Shown here: one piece after another, positions 29,388 through 39,474 of the stretch
Layout: each line of letters begins with the position of its first letter
How positions within the stretch are numbered: the first letter of the stretch is position 1
Assembly (NCBI GenBank): GCA_050014195.1
Contig: JBEKDT010000002.1
Span: 192,001 to 256,000, forward strand
Length of the DNA: 64,000 bases
Direction: 5' to 3'
Source of the DNA: Desulfomonilia bacterium
GTDB taxonomy: Bacteria > Desulfobacterota > Desulfomonilia > UBA1062
Made by a program: the position numbers and the translations under genes
The notes under the pieces: generated by a model
The model's input: the letters and a program-made list of their open reading frames with translations, nothing else
Told to the model about the DNA's origin: nothing
The model's database searches: none

Positions 29388-30194
29388 GTGTGTATGATGT
29401 TCTTCATGAGGAGGCTCAAAAACAGGGTCATTGCGAAGGTGATTACCGGTCTCCCGGCTTTGGCTAAAGGATTCATCGAAGCATATAAGCCATGGGAATC
29501 TGAGGACATCCCGTGGACTCTTGTGGAGAAGCCTTTGGTACAGAGTACTGTTGCCATCGTCACTACTGCGGGTGTGCATCGTAAAGACCAAAAACCCTTC
29601 AACATGCATGATAAAAACGGTGACCCTTCTTTTCGGGAGATCGACGGCAATACCCCGCTGCGAGATCTCATGATCACCCATGACTATTATGACCACACCG
29701 ATGCCGAAAAAGACTTGAACATCGTCTTCCCCATAGAACGTCTGCAGGAATTCGCTTCAGAGGGTATTATTGGAAAAGTAGCGGATGCGCATTACACATT
29801 CATGGGTCACATCATGGGGCCGCACATCTACACGCTCATGGAGATGAGTACCCCGGAGGTGGCTGCCAGATTAAAGAAGAAGGAAGTGGACTATGTTTTG
29901 TTGACACCGGGTTGAGCTATCTGCAATCAGTCCGTGGGATTGATTCAGCGGGGTATCGAGGCTGCCGGTATACCCACCATCGGGATCTCCATTGTCAGGC
30001 AGTATACGCAAAAGGTTAAACCGCCCAGGACGATCTTCCTCAAGTGGCCCTTCGGGCACCCGCTGGGTGAGCCGAATCACATTGATCAACAACGTGCCGT
30101 TCTGCGTAAGGCATTTGAAGCCCTGATGGAAATTAAAACACCCGGAACAATTATTGATGTACCTTGGCGATGGAAAAGGGAAAGCTATGGGTAG
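29388..30194 (+). CDS. PrdB/GrdB-like selenoprotein (glycine/sarcosine/betaine/proline reductase selenoprotein B family), UGA=Sec at 29913
   Basis: ORFs 29388-29915 and 29934-30194 are in frame; read-through gives LTPG-U-AICNQSVGLIQR (UxxC); TTAGVH, GDPSFR, D.N.VFP, PFGHPLG motifs. Confidence 0.88.
29918..29955 (+). promoter_or_regulatory. Putative bacterial SECIS hairpin
   Basis: Immediately 3' of the UGA: AATCAGTCC-gtg-GGATTGATT stem with a G-containing apical loop, extendable by ATCTGC pairing with the G-rich segment after it. Confidence 0.7.
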
Positions 30195-30455
30195 CCGAAA
30201 TGAAACTCCGCGCAGCAAGCTTAAGCGGTTTATAAGGAGTATTTTCCTTTTTCTCCTCTCCTGAATCCACAATTCGTCAGGACAGACGAATTGGATGTAC
30301 TTTACGTTCACCCTTCAGGGTGAGGGACATGGATGTCCCGAATCACTCCCACCAGGAGAGGAAGATTTTGTACAAACCCCTGTATTGGTTTTTTCATCCG
30401 ATCATAGGATCCCGGGATAGAACACGTGCTCTCTTTCCTTCTGGATTGTAACGGC

Positions 30456-31169
30456 TCATTCCTTTTCAAGGGGAAAGGTCAAGGTTGCCCCATACCACCC
30501 TATGACCGCCACAATGGGGACCAGCGAAAGGATCAAAAAGAAATAGACAATACCCTCCGTGGCCAAGGAGGTGAAGACATCGGGAAACAAGACCCGCCAG
30601 AGAAAGACAATGATGGAGACTGCCATGAGGATGCCGGATAAGAATATCTTGATCCTGACCGGCCTCATGGATTTTGCCTGATAATTGAGCCACCAAGTGA
30701 AATAGCCGGTCAGGACAGCCGGAACGGAAAAAAGGATGCCGGCTCCCAGACAGTGGAATGCTGTTGTCTCAAAAGATTTCACATCGGTGAGGAGATAAAG
30801 AAGGCTGAAGAGTGCCGGCGAGATCATGAATACGATCGGGAAGTGCACCAGCATGGGGTGCGGGTGGCGGCGAAGAAAGGGAAACCGCTCCAACACTATT
30901 TCTAATGGATTGGGTAAAGACCTTAACGCCTTATCTTTCTTCCTGAAGGTCCCAACAAGGTAAAATTTATCCAGGACCTCCGGGCCATGGGGCGCGGCCT
31001 CGATATCTGTGGTAAGGTCGCAGCCGGCATGGTGGCGTTTCATGTGAAGCCCTGCCTTCCACAGCTTGCTCGCACTGACGTCGATCACCCTGCCCTTGTG
31101 GGCTATGTACACAGGCTGTCCATCTTTACCGTTGAATGCCGAGAGAGATTCCAGGTCGAATTCCTTCAT
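30456..31169 (-). CDS. Cytochrome b5-like heme-binding domain fused to a DUF2231-type membrane domain
   Basis: FNGKDGQP.YIA..G.V.DVS...W..G.H..RH.AG.DLT...APHG, then HPMLVHFPI and TM helices. Confidence 0.8.
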   Translation of the reverse strand: MKEFDLESLSAFNGKDGQPVYIAHKGRVIDVSASKLWKAGLHMKRHHAGCDLTTDIEAAPHGPEVLDKFYLVGTFRKKDKALRSLPNPLEIVLERFPFLRRHPHPMLVHFPIVFMISPALFSLLYLLTDVKSFETTAFHCLGAGILFSVPAVLTGYFTWWLNYQAKSMRPVRIKIFLSGILMAVSIIVFLWRVLFPDVFTSLATEGIVYFFLILSLVPIVAVIGWYGATLTFPLEKE

Positions 31170-31228
31170 ATCGTCCTTTCATGATAGGGCAAACGGATAA
31201 TCCCAAGCCGACAGTTCCCTTTCGTTAT

Positions 31229-32242
31229 TCATAAGACCACCCAGCTCAGCAGTGTTACCATGAGCATGGACAATGGATAATAGCTTGCCCGGTTGAAAAG
31301 GCGCACGGCCTCTCCTGAATCTTCGGCCCGATAAAGACGGTAGCCGGGGAGAAGAAGCAAATAAAAAGCAGAAAACAATGCACCCAGGATATAGAGATAA
31401 TTTAAGTGCCTCGGCGAAAGCCAGAACATGGCCAGACTCATGGCCGCAGTGATCACAAGAGAAAAGAAGATAATATGAGTGGCTCGCTGGGCACCGAAGC
31501 GTACAGGGATAGTCCTGGCATGTATCTTTCTGTCAATATCCAGATCGGACAGATCGTTGGGCACATTCTGCCCCCCGATCTCCCAGAAAAAAAGCCAGAG
31601 GAATATCGTTACCACAATATGCGTCGAAGGATTCGGATTTACGGCAAACACAGCAGCAACGGGCCCTGATGTCTTAACTAATCCGCTGATGACACTCCGC
31701 ATATGGGTGATTTTCAGGAGATAGCAATAGATCACCTCCAGGAAAGCGGCCGAGAGAAAAATGACAGGGCAAACAGGGTTAAGGAGGAAGGCCCCTACCA
31801 GTGCCAGCACTGCCCAGGCAGAAGTCCAGAACAATGCTTCCTTGTAACTCAGCATCCCCTGAGCCAGGGGATGGCGTACGAAGACACTATCCAGGTCCGG
31901 TCTTGATTCGCTTGGTGTGCTTGAACACATAATCTCCTGGTCAACACGGTAATCGATGAGGTCATTGAGCGCATACACTGCCGTGTAACCCGAGAAGGCG
32001 GTTATCAGGCCTAAGGCCAGCACCTCGAATGAAGGAAAGGTATTTAGGCACAGAAGGGCCGCCAGACCCGGGGTGGCTAAATCCAGCAATAAGTGGGGGG
32101 TCCTGGAAAGGGCCAAGAAAAGGTTCAGCCGGGAGAGGCCCGCCTGGTCCGACAGCAACGTGGTCTTCAAATTGTGCTCACTCCCCAGGAAAGATGGCAG
32201 CAGCCTTTCATCTCTACATCCACCATGCCCATTTTTCATCAA
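31229..32242 (-). CDS. UbiA-family prenyltransferase
   Basis: NDLIDYRVD and NDLSD..D Asp-rich motifs, RHPLAQG, RTIPVRFG, many TM helices; start uncertain. Confidence 0.85.
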   Translation of the reverse strand: MMKNGHGGCRDERLLPSFLGSEHNLKTTLLSDQAGLSRLNLFLALSRTPHLLLDLATPGLAALLCLNTFPSFEVLALGLITAFSGYTAVYALNDLIDYRVDQEIMCSSTPSESRPDLDSVFVRHPLAQGMLSYKEALFWTSAWAVLALVGAFLLNPVCPVIFLSAAFLEVIYCYLLKITHMRSVISGLVKTSGPVAAVFAVNPNPSTHIVVTIFLWLFFWEIGGQNVPNDLSDLDIDRKIHARTIPVRFGAQRATHIIFFSLVITAAMSLAMFWLSPRHLNYLYILGALFSAFYLLLLPGYRLYRAEDSGEAVRLFNRASYYPLSMLMVTLLSWVVL

Positions 32243-32454
32243 TGCCTAATACTTTGTATATGATTTTTGATTGTCCAACAATTACTATACCATGGTCTTT
32301 CAATAAATTTTGCCATGCAACACAGTTATATAATATGAGTTCGTACATGGATGGGAAGCCCTACCCTATTTCCTCATACAGGTGTAGACCATGTCCCGGT
32401 CCGGTAATACGGGCATAGCGAACTGCACCCCTTCACTCTCCAATTCCACGGCAT

Positions 32455-32627
32455 TGCCACTTTGTCACATTTTGACCATGGTTACCCTACGGTTTTGCCA
32501 ATTTGTTCATGCCCGGTATCTTCATTGATGCACTTGTGCCATTTTGGCAAAAATATGGTGCGAGAGAATATTTATAGTTAGTATAATCATTGAGTTATAA
32601 ACCATGATCATCTGGCATGGCCCTTGC
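32455..32627 (+). promoter_or_regulatory. Sigma54 promoter with three upstream activator boxes and an IHF-like site (copy 2)
   Basis: TGGCATGGCCCTTGC at 32613-32627; boxes TGCCActtTGTCA 32455, TGCCAattTGTTC 32496, TGCCAtttTGGCA 32537; AATCATTGAGTTA 32585-32597. Confidence 0.8.
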
Positions 32628-32675
32628 CTTATGTTAGATAGAAAGAAAAAAACAAACCCCAAGGAGGGTAAGACA

Positions 32676-32852
32676 ATGATGACATTATGGATCGTTCTCG
32701 GCGCACTGTTCATGACCGGCATAGGCATCAGGTTCACCTACAAGGTATTGGGACTCACCCCGGCCGAAGCAACCGCAGTATTCGTCCTGGTGGTCACCCT
32801 GATCAGCATCAACACCGGCCCGGCACGCGAGATCCTCATGAACCTGTTCTAA
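32676..32852 (+). CDS. 58-aa two-helix membrane protein, cassette gene A (copy 2)
   Basis: AAGGAGG RBS; paralog of 16411-16587. Confidence 0.85.
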   Translation: MMTLWIVLGALFMTGIGIRFTYKVLGLTPAEATAVFVLVVTLISINTGPAREILMNLF

Positions 32853-32891
32853 GGCCACAGCGGGATAGCAAAACGGATAAGGAGGAAGGCC

Positions 32892-33131
32892 ATGAAACGG
32901 ATAAAGACAAAGAAAGAGAAGATCGAAAGGGCACTGGCCAACAGGCTCAGCAGGATCAGCGCATACAGTCTGGTGCTCGTTACGATGACCTTCCTCGGGC
33001 TGTACGGCGGGATGGAGCTTGACAAGATGACGGGCATGACGCCCAACTTCACCTTTGTCTGCCTGATCGTCGGCATCGCCATGGGCTTCAAGGGCTTCAT
33101 CCAGGAAGTCATCGCAGAGAGAAAGGCGTAA
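32892..33131 (+). CDS. AtpZ/ATPase gene1-like small membrane protein, cassette gene B (copy 2)
   Basis: AGGAGG RBS; RISA.S.VLV.MTFLGLY.GM..D..T.M.PNFT...GFKGF shared with copy 1. Confidence 0.75.
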   Translation: MKRIKTKKEKIERALANRLSRISAYSLVLVTMTFLGLYGGMELDKMTGMTPNFTFVCLIVGIAMGFKGFIQEVIAERKA

Positions 33132-33136
33132 GTACC

Positions 33137-33235
33137 ATGACGGCTCTATTCATCACCATGGGCATCATCACACTTGTAGCCATGACCGTAAGGTTCCCCG
33201 GACACGGCAGGCACAAAGTACAAAGGGTATCCTAG
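33137..33235 (+). CDS. 32-aa single-TM peptide, cassette gene C (copy 2; not in ORF track)
   Basis: MTALFITMGIITLVAMTVRFPGHGRHKVQRVS; same position and MT..FI..G.....A.TVRF pattern as copy 1. Confidence 0.65.
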   Translation: MTALFITMGIITLVAMTVRFPGHGRHKVQRVS

Positions 33236-33305
33236 GGGTCTGTTTATCGTTCCGCCTTCCGGCAGGTTCAGGGCCTATTCACTATTCACTTTCCGGGCAC
33301 CCTGA

Positions 33306-35891
33306 TTATTTTTTGAAAATCCCCTTCAGCATATCTTCGATATTCTTCTTCGCATCCTCGGTACCCTGCGGGAGCCCGCCCTTGTCCTGAAGTTTCTTCA
33401 TGCTCTTATCCAGGTATCTGGAGGCATAGTACCGGGTCAGCGCACTGCTTAAAGGCTTCACCTCTATCATGGGAACGGGTTTCTTGAGTGAACCGGTGAT
33501 GGTCATGGGCAGCACGAGCCTGTTCTGGTCGTTCATGAGGGTAGAGAAGGCGGCAGTCTTGGCGCCGATGCGCTGGGAGAACCGTTTGGGCAGAATCACC
33601 TGCCCTTTGAGATTGACCTGGTTGTTTTCCAGGCTGATGGTCCCTTTCAGTCTTGATTCAGTATCCACATCTCTGCCGCTGCTGATGTTCAGGAGCTGCA
33701 TGGAATCTACATTGATCACCTTGCCGGCAAGGTCGAGTTGTGCATTCATCGTCTCAAAACGAGTGGTCTGGTATTTCTGGACCTCGGCCGGTGCCAGACC
33801 AAAGGCACCGGAAAGGCCCGGAACACCCAGCAGGGTACCCAGCACGCTTCCCCCAAGATCGAAGTTCTTCCATTCGCCCTTATTGATGCGGAGATTCACC
33901 TTGGCGCCCAGGTTGTCCAGCGCTGGAGCGCCCGCCACGCCCTGTGCCTTGACATCTCCTGTGAGCGTTCCCGTGAAGATTCCCTTGAAGTTTGTCAGTG
34001 TATCCAGGACATTTCCTGCCTGGACATTGTTAAAGGCGGGAGATGCATCCCACGCCTTGGTCTTGAGGTTGTAAGAGGCCGCACCCTTGATGGACCCCTT
34101 CAATGCCGCCAGATCAAAGGAATTCACCTTAAACCGGTCATCGGCATAGGTGAACGCACCGGTGAGATTTGTGAACGGCAGATCCTTGATTATTCCCTGC
34201 CGGGACTTGATGACCCCATTCATATTCATGCCCTTTTCCTTTTTCAGGGCATCCATTGATAGCGTAACCCCGTTGAGACTTGCCGTGACAGGCCCGGCAA
34301 GGAGTTTTGCCTTGGCTTGAACTTCAGGGGCCGGCTTGGTCAGGACAAGGCCCATGTGGTCAGAGAGTGCCGAGATGTTCATGGTCATGGCCCCTGTTCC
34401 ACCGTTGATGGTTGTCTTGACTGCCACATTGCCGCTTGGCCTGAAGGCTTGGAGTATGGGAATGAGCGCCTGTGCGTTCTCCAGCGGCATCGGGTTTGTC
34501 TGAATCCTGATCCGGTAGTTTGACTTGTCCTGAACCTTGCGGACCTCACCCGAGCCATTGGCGGTTATGGCTCCAAGATTGACATCAAGGGCATTGATCT
34601 CCGTGATGTCCTTCTTCATGGTCATTCTGCTTGAAAAGGTGAACGGGCTGTTTGCAGGTTTAGCGAAGATCTTGCCGAAGGTGATTCCCAAGGGCTTCAT
34701 GTCAATGCCGGTACTTATCTGAAAGGTCTCCTTGTCGCCGGATGTGGCAAGACTGAACCCAGCAGGCCCTGTCAGGTTGATCTTGCCCGGTATGAGTCCG
34801 GCAAACATTGGCAGCTGTGCCAGGGTGTCGCCCGGGGTAATATGGTCGGACTTGAGAGTCATATTCCATGTCGGAGTTGTCTTGAGATCCCGGACAGTAC
34901 CCTCGAATGTGCCTTCGTCCCGGCCGAGTGTAAAGGTTCCATTGCCTATCTCAAGGCGCTGCTGTTCAAACGCCAGGACCAGGTTGCTTGAAAACGAACA
35001 TGATATGCCTTTCCGGTCCTTTGCTTCCTGGTTCGCACCTGGACCCCCAAGGACAAGGCCCTTCAGTTCCAGGACGGCCTTTGCGTTTATCTTATCATTC
35101 AAAGTCCCTTTTGCCGTGATGTCGATCTTCATGGTGCCGGCCCGGACAGGCATCTTCACAGGCAGGGTTTCGATCGGCAGGGAATCAAGGAGGAGACGCA
35201 CATCAACGGGTGCCTGGGTCAATCCACCCTCCCCGGGTACGGGGCCTATGGTGCCTGCCAGGGCGAAATTCTGTCCATCAGTGCTCATGAGAGATGCAGT
35301 GAGCGAAAAGGATATGGGCCTGAACATAGAGATATCCTGGGATTCAAGGTCGATGTCGCTGACAATAAAAGGCTTGGAGCCGGGTTTGAGCTTATCGTCG
35401 CGATAGGTGATGACCCCGTGCTTGACCATTACATTGCTCACCAGCAATGCAGCAGACGCACCGGGTTTTGGGGCCCCCTCCTCGGGTTTTTCCCCTGGTT
35501 TGGGAATAAGCAGGGTTGTGAAGTTGAACACACCTCCACTGTTTCTGATGATATGAATCTGAGGCTCCTTGAGCACGACTGCCTTGATCTTGATCTCTTT
35601 TTTCAGCAAGGGAAGGATGGCAACCTTTATTCTTGCCGCCTTAAGAGAAAGAAAATCTTCGTGAGAAAATGCAGGGTCATCTGTGATGCGAAGGCCATCG
35701 ATCTCGGCGCCCAGGCCTGTCAGGATGGTGAGCCGGATGCTCTGAAAATCAACCTGACGGTTTGTGTGCGACTTGATCCGGGCAAGGATCATATCCTTAT
35801 GCTTGTTCAGATCTACTGCAAAAGGCAGCACGGCAAGGATGATTATGATAACCCCGAAGACAATGCCGGCAACAATGGCTATCTTTTTCAT
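33306..35891 (-). CDS. AsmA-family protein
   Basis: N-terminal TM anchor, VDLNKHK..I...IK..TNRQV, long beta-rich body, C-terminal LPMTITGSLKKP. Confidence 0.8.
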   Translation of the reverse strand: MKKIAIVAGIVFGVIIIILAVLPFAVDLNKHKDMILARIKSHTNRQVDFQSIRLTILTGLGAEIDGLRITDDPAFSHEDFLSLKAARIKVAILPLLKKEIKIKAVVLKEPQIHIIRNSGGVFNFTTLLIPKPGEKPEEGAPKPGASAALLVSNVMVKHGVITYRDDKLKPGSKPFIVSDIDLESQDISMFRPISFSLTASLMSTDGQNFALAGTIGPVPGEGGLTQAPVDVRLLLDSLPIETLPVKMPVRAGTMKIDITAKGTLNDKINAKAVLELKGLVLGGPGANQEAKDRKGISCSFSSNLVLAFEQQRLEIGNGTFTLGRDEGTFEGTVRDLKTTPTWNMTLKSDHITPGDTLAQLPMFAGLIPGKINLTGPAGFSLATSGDKETFQISTGIDMKPLGITFGKIFAKPANSPFTFSSRMTMKKDITEINALDVNLGAITANGSGEVRKVQDKSNYRIRIQTNPMPLENAQALIPILQAFRPSGNVAVKTTINGGTGAMTMNISALSDHMGLVLTKPAPEVQAKAKLLAGPVTASLNGVTLSMDALKKEKGMNMNGVIKSRQGIIKDLPFTNLTGAFTYADDRFKVNSFDLAALKGSIKGAASYNLKTKAWDASPAFNNVQAGNVLDTLTNFKGIFTGTLTGDVKAQGVAGAPALDNLGAKVNLRINKGEWKNFDLGGSVLGTLLGVPGLSGAFGLAPAEVQKYQTTRFETMNAQLDLAGKVINVDSMQLLNISSGRDVDTESRLKGTISLENNQVNLKGQVILPKRFSQRIGAKTAAFSTLMNDQNRLVLPMTITGSLKKPVPMIEVKPLSSALTRYYASRYLDKSMKKLQDKGGLPQGTEDAKKNIEDMLKGIFKK

Positions 35892-36127
35892 TCAGGAACC
35901 TCCTATATGCAGCAGCTTTTGCACGAACCCAACCCTGGGGGCTTTATAGCATGCACCCTTCGGCGAGACAATGGGGGCGACAAGAGAGGAGGCTGTCGCC
36001 AAAATCATAAAAGCGAATTAGGGAAAACCTTGGCTTCGCTTCAGGATGACATTTAATCCAATTATGGTTATTGTCATTCTGAACAAAATGAAGCATCTTT
36101 TTACGCGTGTTGTTTGCCTTATGGTCG

Positions 36128-37816
36128 TTAAATATCCAGCCCCAACTGGCCTCCCGGGTTCATGATGTTGTTGGGGTCGAAGTGTTTCTTGAGTGTCCTT
36201 AAGACCGCCATCTGTTCGTGACCGAGATGCGCCTCGATCCAGGGAGCAATCATGCGCCCGATGCCGTGGTGGTGGCTCAGGGAGCCTCCGTATTTCAGGA
36301 TATTCTCGATGATGCCCCGGTGAAACTTCCTGAATTCATCAAGGTCGTCCATCTTCGCCAGAAAGATGAAGTAGAGGTTCGTGCCCTGTGGGTAGAAGTG
36401 GGATGCATGGGTCATACACATGGTTTGAGGCCGTTCCTTGATGTATTCCCTCACACCCTGGTGAAGGGTATGCAGGTTGTCCCACGTCACCGCGGATTCA
36501 AGGGTGTCGATGACGACACCGTAATCCATGAGGTCTTCCCGCATGTACGGTTCTGTATAGCGGGTATGCTCCCACTTCTTTGCCGCATATCCGGTGAGTG
36601 ACATGGCACCGAACTCTTTGCAGATCCGCTTGACCTGGTGTTCTATATTTTTTGCAAAGGCCTTTTCACCCTCGGCATTCCCCATGAAGAGGCAGCGCTG
36701 CATGGGCATGTAGCCTTTCTTGCGAAGGAAGGTATCCACGAACCCCGGCATGCCGTAAAGCTTTAACCCTCTATCGGTCTCCTCAGGATCGGATATCCTG
36801 AAGATGGCAGGCATGCCGAACTCGCCCTGGCTGATTTCACGGCTGGCATCCACTGCCGCCTCCCAGGTCGGGAACATGAAGCTGAATCGCCTGGTATTCT
36901 CCGGCATATATCTATAGATCTTCATGGTGGCCTCCACGAGGATGCCGTACGTGCCCTCGCTGCCTTTCATGATGTCATTCACCTTTGGGCCTGTGGCTGT
37001 GGCCGGGTAGTCATGGGTCTTGAATGTGCCTGCCGGTGTAACGTACTCCTGGCTGATGACCAGGTCATAGACGTCTCCATAGTATGAAGAGGCCTGGCCT
37101 GAACCCAATGTAACGATCCACCCTCCCACCGTTGAATATTCAAAGGACTGGGGAAAGTGGCCGCAGGTATACCTCCTCTTCGTATGGAAGAGCTCAGGCG
37201 ATCTATGCAATACCTCTTCGTAGGCCGGGCCGTACATCCCGGGCTGCACCCGGGCCGTCTGGTTGTCTTCGTTTACCTCAAGCACCTTGTTCATGTGCGT
37301 GCTCAAGACTAGCGATATGCCGCCCTTTGCGGGCCTCACACCGAAGTTCACCGAGCTGCCTGCCCCGAATGCATAGATGGGTATAGCGTTCTCATTACAA
37401 TACATGACTATATGCTGCACATCCTCTTTGTTCCTGGGGTGGACAACGAGGTCGGCCACCTGGGCGACCAAGCCCCTTCTGAGCTCCAAAAGCTCCTCGG
37501 TGGTCTTGCCGCTTGCATATTTGACCCTGCTGTAATCATCCGACGTCACATTATCTCTGCCGACAATGGCCTCAATATGCTCCCGGTGGTGAGATTCCAA
37601 GGCGCTCGGCCTGTTCAGAGAGATATTCTCCAGGCCTTCACCCTTTTTTGTCAGGAAGTCTTCATCTCTCATGGAGAACTCTTCTTTGATCATTTCATAC
37701 CACTTCATGCTCGGGTGCTTGTATGTATGCGGGTCTCCATATTTGAATACGGACCGGTAGGAACCTTTCGGCGGGGCTTCTTCAGTCCATTTCGGCACGA
37801 ACCTGCTTTTAATCAT
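36128..37816 (-). CDS. FAD-binding oxidoreductase, alkyl-dihydroxyacetonephosphate synthase-like
   Basis: GHFPQSFEYSTVGGW, GSEGTYGI, HASHFYPQGTNLYF, GGSLSHHHGIG, FDPNNIMNPG. Confidence 0.82.
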   Translation of the reverse strand: MIKSRFVPKWTEEAPPKGSYRSVFKYGDPHTYKHPSMKWYEMIKEEFSMRDEDFLTKKGEGLENISLNRPSALESHHREHIEAIVGRDNVTSDDYSRVKYASGKTTEELLELRRGLVAQVADLVVHPRNKEDVQHIVMYCNENAIPIYAFGAGSSVNFGVRPAKGGISLVLSTHMNKVLEVNEDNQTARVQPGMYGPAYEEVLHRSPELFHTKRRYTCGHFPQSFEYSTVGGWIVTLGSGQASSYYGDVYDLVISQEYVTPAGTFKTHDYPATATGPKVNDIMKGSEGTYGILVEATMKIYRYMPENTRRFSFMFPTWEAAVDASREISQGEFGMPAIFRISDPEETDRGLKLYGMPGFVDTFLRKKGYMPMQRCLFMGNAEGEKAFAKNIEHQVKRICKEFGAMSLTGYAAKKWEHTRYTEPYMREDLMDYGVVIDTLESAVTWDNLHTLHQGVREYIKERPQTMCMTHASHFYPQGTNLYFIFLAKMDDLDEFRKFHRGIIENILKYGGSLSHHHGIGRMIAPWIEAHLGHEQMAVLRTLKKHFDPNNIMNPGGQLGLDI

Positions 37817-37836
37817 TTGTTACCTCCACCCTTATT

Positions 37837-39474
37837 TCAGTTTGCGGGTACCTTAAGTGCATCCGCTGTCTTTGTTATCTCCTCGACAACCCTTTTACCG
37901 TCCCATCCAAGCTCCCCAGCAACGGTGAGCGCCACTTTTTCCAGCACCTCGATGCCGGGGTTGCCAAGCGTAGCGATGCCGGTCCTGCGGAACACGATAT
38001 CGCTTAAACTGCGCGCCATCTCGTGGCGGACAGCATAAACGGCCTGGGCGAGGATCTCCCCATCGTCATTGAGCATTCCGGTCAATGATTGGTCATGCCG
38101 TGCAATCTCCAGGACCGGCTCGAATTCGGTCCCGTAATTCTTGCCGAGATATTCGAGTGTAGCTGCATCAAAGTCTTTGTTCTTGTGTTTGATGTCGAGC
38201 ATAAAGGTCTTCATGTCCGTTATCTGGGATCCCCAGAGATATCGCTTGGCTGACGGCGAAACCGTGTGCCGGATCCCAAGTTTCTTCTCCATCAGGTCAA
38301 CGGCCTTTTCCGCCAGGTTCCTGCTGGTGGTGAACTTGCCGCCTTCCACGGTGATGAGACCTTGCAGGTCATCAACGGCATTGTCATATATCTCGTATCT
38401 GCGGGATGCCCCATAGGTATCTGCAGACTCGTCTTCCACAAGAGGCCGTAAGCCCCCATAGGCGTAAAGAATATCGTCGTACCCGACAACCTCACTGCCC
38501 AGTGTGGTATTGACATCATTGATGAGCCCCTCGATGCTCTTTCTGGTCACACGGTATTCATCAGGGTTTCCGGTGAAGGGCTGATCCGTTGTCCCGATGA
38601 GATTGTGACCCCTCCAGGGGACCATAAAGAAATGCCTGGCCTCTTTGGTCATGTAGCTGACGACATGGGAGTTCACGATCTTTTTCGTAATGATGTGGAT
38701 ACCCTCCGACCTCTTTAAGGTCCCGGACGCGGTACCCTGCCTTGCCAGGCCGAGGAGTATATCCGCCCAAGGGCCGGCACAGTTGATAACGAGTTTGGCC
38801 TTCAACTCCTGGAGCGATCCTTTCAGAAGATCCCTTACCGTCACCCCTTCGATCTTCCCGTTGTCATTCATGATGAACCCTTCCACCCGGGCATAGTTGG
38901 CAACCTTGGCGCCATGGTGAACGGCTGATTTGATGAAGGCCAGGGTAAGCCGCTCCGGAAAGATGTTCGCGCAGTCATAGAATACCGATGCGCCTTTCAT
39001 CCCCTGCGCAAAAATCCCGGGCTCCAGTACGAGGGCTTCGGATGTGGATATCTTCCTGTGGGGAGGAATCTTCTTGCCCTTGTCCCATGTGCGGTTTCTG
39101 TCATACGACAATGCATCATATATCCTCAGCCCGATGCCGATCTCCACGGCATTGTTTTTAGGGCATACGGTGTCGTGCACCATCATCATGGGTATGGGAT
39201 AGACGAAGTTGGGGGCGATGTTCTCCAGGGTCCTTCTCTCTTTGAGCGACTCCCTGACCAGGCCGAATTCCGCATTGGCAAGGTAGCGCAGCCCGCCGTG
39301 GATGAGCTTGGATGTTGCTGCGGATGTAGCGCATGCGAAATCCTTCTTTTCGACGAGCGCGGCCTTAAGTCCCCTGCTGGCAGCCTCGTAGGCAACCGCA
39401 GCCCCGGTGATCCCGCCGCCGATAATGATAATGTCGTGGTTGATAGTGCAGGGTTCTTCAATGAATCTCTTCAT
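37837..39474 (-). CDS. glpD: FAD-dependent glycerol-3-phosphate dehydrogenase/oxidase
   Basis: IIGGGITGA, TSKLIHGGLRYL, NCAGPWAD, GTTD, GLRPL, GGKFTTSR. Confidence 0.88.
   Translation of the reverse strand: MKRFIEEPCTINHDIIIIGGGITGAAVAYEAASRGLKAALVEKKDFACATSAATSKLIHGGLRYLANAEFGLVRESLKERRTLENIAPNFVYPIPMMMVHDTVCPKNNAVEIGIGLRIYDALSYDRNRTWDKGKKIPPHRKISTSEALVLEPGIFAQGMKGASVFYDCANIFPERLTLAFIKSAVHHGAKVANYARVEGFIMNDNGKIEGVTVRDLLKGSLQELKAKLVINCAGPWADILLGLARQGTASGTLKRSEGIHIITKKIVNSHVVSYMTKEARHFFMVPWRGHNLIGTTDQPFTGNPDEYRVTRKSIEGLINDVNTTLGSEVVGYDDILYAYGGLRPLVEDESADTYGASRRYEIYDNAVDDLQGLITVEGGKFTTSRNLAEKAVDLMEKKLGIRHTVSPSAKRYLWGSQITDMKTFMLDIKHKNKDFDAATLEYLGKNYGTEFEPVLEIARHDQSLTGMLNDDGEILAQAVYAVRHEMARSLSDIVFRRTGIATLGNPGIEVLEKVALTVAGELGWDGKRVVEEITKTADALKVPAN

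Noticed and set aside
16197-33235. The two cassette copies as direct repeats bounding a mobile element
   Set aside because: The copies are well diverged at DNA level and there is no integrase, transposase or att/tRNA site; old paralogy is more likely.
36032-36098. CTTCGCTTCAGGATGACA ... TGTCATTCTGAAC possible TGTC/CGTC-type REP remnant
   Set aside because: Too degenerate and single-copy in the window to call.
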